From a virus (lineage: Duplodnaviria; Caudoviricetes), in IMG/VR virus record IMGVR_UViG_3300037991_000852, positions 1-34,845 of that record: a stretch of 34,845 nt of DNA; one strand, 5' to 3'. The translations under genes and the position numbers were made by a program. Under the pieces are notes generated by a model, which saw nothing but the letters and a program-made list of their open reading frames with translations, searched no databases and was not told where the DNA came from. Shown piece by piece: positions 17,428 to 25,149 of this stretch; positions within the stretch are counted from its first letter, which is position 1, and the number at the start of each line of letters is the position of its first letter.

Positions 17428-17787
17428 TTACCCTCGTTTATCAATATTTATTAATAGTTTTTTTAACTTTGGCATGAAATTATTATGAATATTATAAACT
17501 CGTAAGCGTTTGTCGGTGTTGTGATTTGTCTTATGGTAAACCTTAATTGCTACCCCATCATTGAGTAATAATTGTATCGTGGATCTTGAACCAAACTTAT
17601 GATTGGTGAGCCGACATATTTCTTCGTAATAGACGGGTTTATTAATAAATTGTTGTTTGGCTATGGTATTGGTAACAACAAAAGATAAAGGATCAGCAAA
17701 ATAAAATCTAAACATCTTATCTAATATTGCTTCTTTGTAATCTTTATCCCAATTACCTAATATTCTGAGATAGTCGCTAGTCTCCAT
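17428..17787 (-). CDS. Hypothetical protein, probable winged-helix fold
   Basis: GSRSTIQ.LLN.G and DKR.R.Y wing-like motif; GGGGG SD. Confidence 0.5.
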   Translation of the reverse strand: METSDYLRILGNWDKDYKEAILDKMFRFYFADPLSFVVTNTIAKQQFINKPVYYEEICRLTNHKFGSRSTIQLLLNDGVAIKVYHKTNHNTDKRLRVYNIHNNFMPKLKKLLINIDKRG

Positions 17788-17841
17788 CTTATCCCCCCTG
17801 TTTGTTACAATATTACATATTAGTAATATCGGAGTAATAAC

Positions 17842-17973
17842 CTATTTATTTTTAGTGGGTTTATTTTTTTTCCAATGCTTTTTGTGCGGAGATTTAAATA
17901 TTGAATCCCAGCGATTTTTAAACTCTTCGTCTGAGATTTGTCTTGGTCTTTGATCTGATCCTTTACCTGCCAT
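17842..17973 (-). CDS. 43-aa basic peptide
   Basis: MAGKGSDQRPRQISDEEFKNRWDSIFKSPHKKHWKKNKPTKNK; GKGS..RP...F...WD.IF pattern. Confidence 0.65.
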   Translation of the reverse strand: MAGKGSDQRPRQISDEEFKNRWDSIFKSPHKKHWKKNKPTKNK

Positions 17974-17997
17974 AATTGTAATTAGACTAATTCTAAA

Positions 17998-18147
17998 TTA
18001 ACCTTGCCCTCGATATTTCTTCCAACTTCTTTTCATGTTCTTATTCATGGTTGAATGTCCAACATTATTTCTACCCAGAGAAGTTTTTTTACCTCTTCCT
18101 GGTGTCGCTGATCTATAAGTATTAACTGTTTTAGCTTTTCTTACCAT
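17998..18147 (-). CDS. 49-aa basic peptide ending KKYRGQG
   Basis: MVRKAKTVNTYRSATPGRGKKTSLGRNNVGHSTMNKNMKRSWKKYRGQG. Confidence 0.65.
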   Translation of the reverse strand: MVRKAKTVNTYRSATPGRGKKTSLGRNNVGHSTMNKNMKRSWKKYRGQG

Positions 18148-19558
18148 TTATGTATTTTAGAATATGTTTAATAACTTCGACAGTCCAACCATTACCTAAC
18201 ATTTTATATCTCTGTGTATTAGACACATGATTAGTATAATTATCTGGCACTGTCTGTAACCTTTCGCACTCTAAAGGTGTTAGCTTTCGCCAGGTTAAAT
18301 CTTCTTGCTGAACACCTGTTGCTGAAAACTTACCACCCTTACTCGTATCGTTTTCAAAGTTAGCTCTTGATGATTTGTAATAGTTTGCTTTGATTGGGTG
18401 TGACTTTTCAATACTTATTTCGTGGTCTTTATTAAGGCTAGGAGTGACCGTTCCAACTTTACCGTCTTTTCTAGGCTTTAATTCCTTTGCTCTATAAGGG
18501 GTGTGATCTTTTCCTGTTTTTTGCCTTACCATTCTACGCATTTTCTTAGCTTCGTCTGTTCTAACTTCTCTATAAGATTGAACTACCACCTTTGGCTCTC
18601 TGTTACCACCACCCATAGTATTTAATGTCGGAGACTTACCCTCTGGGCTATAAACTCTTTTTAAAATATCGTGACCATTTATGTCGGCAGCAACACCAAC
18701 TTGTTTTGGCTTATTAGGAACTAAAGTTGTTCCATTATTGCCAATACCTTTATATGTTGATGCTAAAAGCGGAACTGCCTTTTCATCTAAATTTCTTTTG
18801 TTTCTTTCAATCTTTTTTTGAGTAGTTGTTTGTGCCACACCAACTTGTTTGGGTTTGCCATCATAATCACAAGCTAAGTAATCGCCTTGTCTACCATTCT
18901 TGACATATTCCATAGCTGACAAATTACTGGCTTTTTCTTTTGTGTAATCAATTAAACACTTTCTGCCTTTTTGTCTTTTAGCAAACTTATCAGACATCTT
19001 GGTAAAATTTTCTGGCTCTGTCTCTAATATATCTCTCAAAACAATACCCCTATCTTCTGGTTGCTGTATGTTAGGTATATTAGTCCAATAATACCTTTGT
19101 CTTGATTGAGCGCTCAGAAGAGAACTGTTTATAAGAAGGGGTTCTATGCCAAAAGCTATTTCTGGGTAACACTTAGATACTTCTTGCGAAATAATATCTA
19201 AAAACTCTTTCTTCATTCTCACATTTTCTAATAAAAAATATTTTGGCTTAATTGCTTTGAGCAAACGAATAAATTCAAAAAACAATGCCGATCTAGGATC
19301 ATCAAAAGCCAACTGCTTACCTGCAAAAGAAAATCCCTGACAAGGACTACCACCCATGATTAAATCAACATCTGCAAAATCTTTAGGATCTAACTTGGTA
19401 ACATCACCCACTTGTATAGTGTTAGGATAATTAGCTTGTGTTACCTGGATAGCATACTTATCTATCTCACTAGCATAATATTTTTCGACAGGTATGCCGA
19501 GCTGATCTAAAGCTATCTGACCGCAGCTCATACCATCAAACAAACTTAAAACTTTGAT
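18131..19558 (-). CDS. C5-cytosine DNA methyltransferase with expanded variable region; inferred ATC start
   Basis: Motifs (I)KVLSLFDG, EID, GDV, GGSPCQGFS, ENV, QSRQRYYW, RKLTPLECERLQ, YKMLGNGW. Confidence 0.9.
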   Translation of the reverse strand: MKVLSLFDGMSCGQIALDQLGIPVEKYYASEIDKYAIQVTQANYPNTIQVGDVTKLDPKDFADVDLIMGGSPCQGFSFAGKQLAFDDPRSALFFEFIRLLKAIKPKYFLLENVRMKKEFLDIISQEVSKCYPEIAFGIEPLLINSSLLSAQSRQRYYWTNIPNIQQPEDRGIVLRDILETEPENFTKMSDKFAKRQKGRKCLIDYTKEKASNLSAMEYVKNGRQGDYLACDYDGKPKQVGVAQTTTQKKIERNKRNLDEKAVPLLASTYKGIGNNGTTLVPNKPKQVGVAADINGHDILKRVYSPEGKSPTLNTMGGGNREPKVVVQSYREVRTDEAKKMRRMVRQKTGKDHTPYRAKELKPRKDGKVGTVTPSLNKDHEISIEKSHPIKANYYKSSRANFENDTSKGGKFSATGVQQEDLTWRKLTPLECERLQTVPDNYTNHVSNTQRYKMLGNGWTVEVIKHILKYINGKKS

Positions 19559-21400
19559 TTACCAATCCTCTCTTATTTTATTAGCTTCAATAGGCTCAAG
19601 GATAACATCTTTTCTAAATAATGTTTTAGGCGTGAAGTCTGCTTTACCATTAGACTTAACCATAGCAAATTGAGCTACTCTATTTATATCTGGCTCAACA
19701 TCATTTTCTAAACATATCTCTTCAGCTAAATCTTCTTTGACATGAGTTAAAACTGCCGCCCACCTTGCCGAGTCAACGATTGCCGAAGCCCCTCTAATAC
19801 TTGCTCTAAAACCAAAAGCATCACTAGCACTAAACGCTGACTTACTCATATGGTGGGAAGTAATCACCGCACTATTTGTTTTCTTGGCCAAACCAGCAAC
19901 ATAAGTTCCCCAGAGTTGACCGACTTCATTTGAAGAAGATACAGATGCAGAGCAGAAACTACTCAAGGGATCGATGATAAGGAGACTTAGAGAATGAAAA
20001 GACATCAACTCCTCTTGCAGTGACCACCCTGCATCTGTAATTCTTAAACCTTGATTATCTTCCGCAATAATATTAATCGGAGAAGCATCAGGAACGCAGT
20101 AGACAAAAACATTATTCGGATAACCAAATCTTTTTTCATTTGGATCTAGTGAATGTAGCCTATGATGTATTTCGTCTTGTGAATCTTCACCTGTTAAAAA
20201 AACTACATCACCACCTGACATAATTGGTTGATTGAGCCACCGACCTTGACCACTTGCTACCTTCAAAGCCAAGTCTAACAGCAATCCAGATTTGCCAATC
20301 CCACCCAAACCAGCAAAAACTCCTGCAACTTCTTTTGGGATCAAATCATTGACTACATATTCACGTTCTAAGGGCTTTCCCTGTAAGTCACGAATACTAA
20401 ACCCTCGGATTTGGAATCCCGTTTGATACAGCTCATTTCTGACTCTCTCAGCTCCAAACTCCAAAAATAAGTCATTATAATCGCCTTTTACAGAGGGTAT
20501 TCGTGTAATACAGTTAAATATTGCAGACTGAACCTCTTTTGCTCGGTCTTGGCCAACACCTGAATCATCATTATCAAGTGCCAAAATAAATTGACCATTA
20601 TAAATCTTCCTAAATCTAGTTAAGGCTTCTAAACAAAAATTTGCTGAGAACACAACCAAGACTGGAATGTTGCAACTTTCATAAACACTACAAGCAGTTG
20701 CATAACCTTCGACTACTGCAATTTTTTCTACCTGGCTAATTGAAGCTAGGTCTGTGCCAATTAAAAAGAAACTACCTTTAGTTTCTCCTGCACTCGCAAA
20801 TCTTTTCTGACCATCAGACATTATGTATTGCACAGAGCGTAAATCTAATTCTTTTGTTTCAGGGTGTAGCCGATACATTGGTATTAATAAATTACCATTG
20901 GCTTCTTTAATGCCATAAGATCCTATTTGTTTTGCTTTCAAATATGGGTGTGCTGTTACTTGGTCTGCCTTACTAAATTTATCTTTAACGTATTCAGCAG
21001 TTTCTTCTTGCTTCCTTGCTTTATCTTCGGCAGCTTTTGCCTTAACTTCTTCTAGTTTTGCATATAGTTGTTTTTGTTCTTGTTTAGATAGACTTGCCGT
21101 TGAGCCTGTAAAGAATTTCTTTTCTTCACCTGTTCGCCAATTACCATAGACACAACAAGCATAGTCTGGATTGATTTGATGATAGATATACCATCCGCTA
21201 GTCTCGCCTGACTTATCAGGTCTTTGGCCACCAATAGCATTAACACCCACTCTTTGTAGTGAACCTTCTTTTAAAAAATCAACACGTAAACCAAAGTCAC
21301 GCATTGCATTAAGAAGATCATCAACAGTATTGCTATCTTGAGCAAATTTAATTGAGTTGTCTAATTTTATGCCGCCATCAAAGTATTGGTCTAATTTCAT
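19559..21400 (-). CDS. Primase-helicase (TOPRIM plus AAA_25/RepA-like helicase)
   Basis: HPYL..K, VVEGYATA, ALDND, GDYND TOPRIM motifs; Walker A AGLGGIGKS, TGED, LLIIDP, HH..K, RGASA. Confidence 0.88.
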   Translation of the reverse strand: MKLDQYFDGGIKLDNSIKFAQDSNTVDDLLNAMRDFGLRVDFLKEGSLQRVGVNAIGGQRPDKSGETSGWYIYHQINPDYACCVYGNWRTGEEKKFFTGSTASLSKQEQKQLYAKLEEVKAKAAEDKARKQEETAEYVKDKFSKADQVTAHPYLKAKQIGSYGIKEANGNLLIPMYRLHPETKELDLRSVQYIMSDGQKRFASAGETKGSFFLIGTDLASISQVEKIAVVEGYATACSVYESCNIPVLVVFSANFCLEALTRFRKIYNGQFILALDNDDSGVGQDRAKEVQSAIFNCITRIPSVKGDYNDLFLEFGAERVRNELYQTGFQIRGFSIRDLQGKPLEREYVVNDLIPKEVAGVFAGLGGIGKSGLLLDLALKVASGQGRWLNQPIMSGGDVVFLTGEDSQDEIHHRLHSLDPNEKRFGYPNNVFVYCVPDASPINIIAEDNQGLRITDAGWSLQEELMSFHSLSLLIIDPLSSFCSASVSSSNEVGQLWGTYVAGLAKKTNSAVITSHHMSKSAFSASDAFGFRASIRGASAIVDSARWAAVLTHVKEDLAEEICLENDVEPDINRVAQFAMVKSNGKADFTPKTLFRKDVILEPIEANKIREDW

Positions 21401-21752
21401 TCTCTTTAGGTTTTAATTCTCCTGTCTCCGCCACATAATTTTGGTGGTTAAGAAAATGTCTGACCGCATCTTTTACAAATGCTAACTTACTCTCTCTTGA
21501 CCACTGATTCATTTGTCCTGTTTTCTCTTTCTTTATTATTTCGTAAAAAGTATCTTTCAAATTTGTTAGAGCGTATTCCACACCAGCATCAGAAACTCTT
21601 GCGATATTTCTCACAAGCTCACCTTTATTAATTTCTTTTTGATGTTCCATTGAACACGCTCCATATACAAATCGCCCTTCGCCTTTTATTACGAGGAATG
21701 GCAATGCTGGGCGACCACATTGACACAAGCTGGGGTAGTTATCTTCTACCAC
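21378..21752 (-). CDS. Hypothetical protein with Cys/His cluster
   Basis: PSLCQCGRP...GACSMEH; overlaps both neighbours. Confidence 0.55.
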   Translation of the reverse strand: MVEDNYPSLCQCGRPALPFLVIKGEGRFVYGACSMEHQKEINKGELVRNIARVSDAGVEYALTNLKDTFYEIIKKEKTGQMNQWSRESKLAFVKDAVRHFLNHQNYVAETGELKPKENEIRPIL

Positions 21753-22207
21753 GCAGCATTATCACCTTCAGTTTCAGTTTTAGTTTCTGCAACTTTAGGT
21801 GTATCTTTTCCAACACCAGGAAGAATTGCTGCTTCCCAATTAGATCCATAATTGTCATCTATTTCTAAATAACCATTATCGTTTCTTTTGAGATCACAGC
21901 TTACAGTTCTACCTGCAAGGAGGTCTGTATCGGAAAAGTTATCAATACCTGCTGCTTTCGCTAACAGATACAAACTCTTTTCAGCAACTTGTTTTGCTTT
22001 CTCGCTACCTTCCACCGTGAACAATGCTCCAACTGTTATGTTGGTATCTTCCACTTTAAAATGTAACTTCAGACCAGAACCACCATTTTGGTATGGCTTA
22101 TGTTCTGTGTGGCTATAAACTAAATTATATCTTCCCTCTTCAAGTTGAGGTCTGTCGTCAGTAGGTTCTTTAATCCCACCCTCGAAATGTTTTGACAAAT
22201 CTGCCAT
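21746..22207 (-). CDS. Probable single-stranded DNA-binding protein (DUF669-like)
   Basis: L.EG.Y, L.L.F.V, acidic tail ending in W; downstream of Sak4-like ATPase. Confidence 0.65.
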   Translation of the reverse strand: MADLSKHFEGGIKEPTDDRPQLEEGRYNLVYSHTEHKPYQNGGSGLKLHFKVEDTNITVGALFTVEGSEKAKQVAEKSLYLLAKAAGIDNFSDTDLLAGRTVSCDLKRNDNGYLEIDDNYGSNWEAAILPGVGKDTPKVAETKTETEGDNAAW

Positions 22208-22225
22208 TTGCTTTTCTCCTATTTA

Positions 22226-22429
22226 TTAACCAGTGTAGGAGCGAGGATCATTGATGTATTCGATAGTGTTATCTAATCCCTCAATAGTCTCCTCAATGCT
22301 CTCAGTTACACCGACTGGATAAATCGTATCTAATTCGTAAGTTGCTCTTGGATCGTCTAAAACTTTTTGCAAAGTTCTTCGCACTCTCATAAGAGTCTTA
22401 GGAATGTCGATTGGTTTCGGTTTACCCAT
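22226..22429 (-). CDS. Hypothetical protein
   Basis: ORF track; co-oriented in operon. Confidence 0.55.
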   Translation of the reverse strand: MGKPKPIDIPKTLMRVRRTLQKVLDDPRATYELDTIYPVGVTESIEETIEGLDNTIEYINDPRSYTG

Positions 22430-22487
22430 TATTTATCTAACAATATTTAACCATTAAGAATCCAATGAATTTTCATACGAAAAAACA

Positions 22488-23228
22488 TCAGTTGTTTTTA
22501 ATGGCTTTTTTAATAGCATCCCATTTGAGCGGTAACTCAGCAGGTAAGCTATATCTATTCTTCGCTAAGAACGCAGGACGTTCTTCAACGTGCAGAACTC
22601 GCTGTCCAGTAGAAACAGCGCGAGTCCTTTCGCCACCTCTGCTTTTTTCCACAACTGTTCCAGTTTTGAAATCAGCAAAGCCAACGATGTCTGAGACTTC
22701 TAAATATAAAAAACCATGCTTGGCATTTAATTTAATCTCATATCTATCGTAAGCTTCTGAGGTAGGATCTTCAAAACGCTTGATTACTGAATGAGCTAAC
22801 ATACAGATAATCATGCCTTTTTGTTCTCGTAATTGATTTAGTAAGTCAATTATTTCCCTAGTGTATTTCAGGCTTAAACTGAAACCTTTACCATAACCAG
22901 GTTCATTGATGTCTTTGAAACCTTCAACCTTACAAGTCTTATCAAAAATAATTGGTTCTAAATGATCCAATGAATCAATAACCAAAGTTTTATATTTATG
23001 ATCTTCTGCAAGTAATGATTTTAGTATTTCAATTATGTCATCATAATTTTTTAATAAATCAGTATGTGCTACATCAATCACACCTAGACCATCTTCGGTC
23101 ATAAGAAATATTGGTTCAGGAAACTCTGAAGCGATAGTTGTTTTACCAACTCCAGGTTTGCCATGAATTAATATTCTTGGTGGTTTTAAAGTAGCTTTAG
23201 TTTTTATATCAGCTAATGAAAAAGCCAT
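22488..23228 (-). CDS. Sak4-like / AAA_24 ATPase (ssDNA annealing)
   Basis: IHGKPGVGKTT, TEDG, TLVIDSLD.LE, GYGKG, AH, AKNR. Confidence 0.85.
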   Translation of the reverse strand: MAFSLADIKTKATLKPPRILIHGKPGVGKTTIASEFPEPIFLMTEDGLGVIDVAHTDLLKNYDDIIEILKSLLAEDHKYKTLVIDSLDHLEPIIFDKTCKVEGFKDINEPGYGKGFSLSLKYTREIIDLLNQLREQKGMIICMLAHSVIKRFEDPTSEAYDRYEIKLNAKHGFLYLEVSDIVGFADFKTGTVVEKSRGGERTRAVSTGQRVLHVEERPAFLAKNRYSLPAELPLKWDAIKKAIKNN

Positions 23229-23509
23229 TACTTAGACTCCTTTCCTATTATGCCAGTAGCAGTTTTATCTTCCTCAACTTCTTTTACTTCAGGAAGCATT
23301 GGTTTTAGTTTTTCAACTAACAAGGCTTCATTCTTTAGTAATGAATTGAAGTGAGCTACTTTCTTAGCTGCTTCTTGTGCTTCAGCCATAAGGCTTTGCT
23401 TTTCTTGCAATACTCCTACCAAGTCTTGCACGACAGGTCGGCTTTCGTGTGTAAGGTCATGTTCAAATATGTCACGACCATCCATCGTAATTATCGGGTT
23501 GGTTTCCAT
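23228..23509 (-). CDS. Hypothetical coiled-coil protein
   Basis: GGAGG SD; TAATG coupling downstream. Confidence 0.55.
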   Translation of the reverse strand: METNPIITMDGRDIFEHDLTHESRPVVQDLVGVLQEKQSLMAEAQEAAKKVAHFNSLLKNEALLVEKLKPMLPEVKEVEEDKTATGIIGKESK

Positions 23510-24228
23510 AAAATCTTTCCTCCATTTTCTGTAAAATCATTATAAGACTTACAATAAGTCTTACCCTTGCAGAGCAAACACTGTTGCCCTACTACTTCTT
23601 TCGGATTTTTTTCCAGAGCTGCATCAACACAGTCTTTCAAATATCCTAAACCCCAATCTACAAGTTCATGCAGATCAAGAGTTGTTTCTTTAGCTTTACC
23701 GTTTTGAAAAATAACATTTTCATATTGGTAATCTCCACCCCACCTTGCTACCGCCCCTAGGGTGTATATCTTTAGCTGTCCGTTATCTATGACCTCTACT
23801 GGCCACTTACCTGACTTCAAATCAATCAGGCTTATCTTGTCTTTACCAATGAGAATAATATCTGCTGTACCAAATAAATGATCGTTAACTTCATGCACAT
23901 AAAGTTTTTCTTCAATCAACATTTCAGCTTCCATCTCCTCTTGCTTTTTGAAAACATAGTTTGAATAGGCTAGTGCTTTCTTTACTAACTTTTCATCTAT
24001 TGTTACTTCTATGTCTCCATCCTTATATTTCTGTCCAACAAAGTGTTCTGTTGGATCTAAGTCTATCAACTCTTGTTTCAAAACTTTCTCAGCCATCCAG
24101 TGACAAGCACTACCACTTACGGTCGCCTCGCTGGCAACATACGGAGCTTTACTACTCAGTGTTGCACTAGCTGGACACTTGCTCCAGAGCTTATCAAACC
24201 CTGAAGGCGACACTATTGAGTGCGAGAT
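23491..24228 (-). CDS. DUF2800 / Cas4-like PD-(D/E)XK exonuclease; inferred ATC start
   Basis: (I)SHSIVSPS..W..CP, G...H..AE, FGTAD, IDLKSGK, NGQL.IY.LG, C..C.....C. Confidence 0.8.
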   Translation of the reverse strand: MSHSIVSPSGFDKLWSKCPASATLSSKAPYVASEATVSGSACHWMAEKVLKQELIDLDPTEHFVGQKYKDGDIEVTIDEKLVKKALAYSNYVFKKQEEMEAEMLIEEKLYVHEVNDHLFGTADIILIGKDKISLIDLKSGKWPVEVIDNGQLKIYTLGAVARWGGDYQYENVIFQNGKAKETTLDLHELVDWGLGYLKDCVDAALEKNPKEVVGQQCLLCKGKTYCKSYNDFTENGGKILWKPTR

Positions 24229-24230
24229 AA

Positions 24231-24425
24231 CTACTCCTTATTAATAGGTTGCTGTATTTGTTCGCTCTCGTAAGCTGTCACATCATCAAAATCGTACAGC
24301 ACTTTGCCACCGATTTTGTAATATGGGATTCCAATACCTCTTGAACGCCAGTTCTCTAATGTACGCTCACTTCGCTTCCAACGCTCTGCTAGTTGTCCTT
24401 GATCTATGAAATTTCGGTCTTTCAT
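24231..24425 (-). CDS. Excisionase/AlpA-like HTH protein
   Basis: LAERW..SERTLENWRS.G.G.PY.KIGGKVLY...DV..YE. Confidence 0.8.
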   Translation of the reverse strand: MKDRNFIDQGQLAERWKRSERTLENWRSRGIGIPYYKIGGKVLYDFDDVTAYESEQIQQPINKE

Positions 24426-24474
24426 TATTTTTCCTTATATGTATTAGTAATACTTAAATGTTCTCTATTTGTTC

Positions 24475-24503
24475 ACTTTATGAAAAAAAAGAAGTAATAT
24501 CAA
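24475..24503 (-). promoter_or_regulatory. Sigma70-like promoter for the replication operon
   Basis: Minus strand TTGATA (24503-498), 17 bp spacer, TAAAGT (24480-475), about 50 nt upstream of the HTH start. Confidence 0.5.
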
Positions 24504-24551
24504 GTAGTAAGAGGAAAAAACTCATAATGAATTTTAATAGGAGAAACAAAT

Positions 24552-25007
24552 ATGAGTATTGATAAAGTTACACCAGAAGAGTGGAACAAAGCTAACAGAG
24601 AGCTTGCAACAGAGCGACAGGTTGGTGGCAGTCACTACAAAGGTAGAGCTCAACCAATAGAATATATTATCAAGAACAACATTAGTTGGTGTCTTGGGAA
24701 CAGTATTAAATACATTACCAGGTCTGGTAAAAAGGGTAAAAGAAAAGATCATATTAAAGACCTGCAAAAAGCCATACATTATATAGAGCTAGAATTGCAG
24801 CATACTTATAATGTAGATCCAAACGGCAAACCCTTAACAAGCAAAAATATTGATTGTGAAAAAATAGATTGGGAAATCTTTTTAGATAAGCAATATCTTT
24901 TCTACTACCAGCAAAATGTAGGTGAGATAATTTTAGATTACGATGAATGGCTAAAAGAAAATGAAGCCGATTTAAAAGAGAGGTATAAAGATGAAGGGAT
25001 TGTTTAG
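24552..25007 (+). CDS. DUF3310-domain protein with C-terminal extension
   Basis: QVGGSHY...QPIEYI......CLGN.IKYI.R.GKK......DL.KA.HY. Confidence 0.8.
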   Translation: MSIDKVTPEEWNKANRELATERQVGGSHYKGRAQPIEYIIKNNISWCLGNSIKYITRSGKKGKRKDHIKDLQKAIHYIELELQHTYNVDPNGKPLTSKNIDCEKIDWEIFLDKQYLFYYQQNVGEIILDYDEWLKENEADLKERYKDEGIV

Positions 25008-25149
25008 AGAGTTTGTTACACAAAAATTTTATGACTGTAACAGAAACAAAATTAAGTATTACAACGAAGAACCATATGGATCAGTGCTTGAATACTTTAG
25101 AGCAAACAAGCACTTTTTGATAGAAAAGTTTAAAGCTAAAAGAACTTAG
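24991..25149 (+). CDS. 52-aa hypothetical protein
   Basis: AGAGAGG SD; MKGLFREFVTQKFYDCNRNKIKYYNEEPYGSVLEYFRANKHFLIEKFKAKRT. Confidence 0.6.
   Translation: MKGLFREFVTQKFYDCNRNKIKYYNEEPYGSVLEYFRANKHFLIEKFKAKRT

Noticed and set aside
23491-24228. Cas4 of a CRISPR system
   Set aside because: No array or other cas genes; its context with Sak4 and SSB fits a phage recombination exonuclease.
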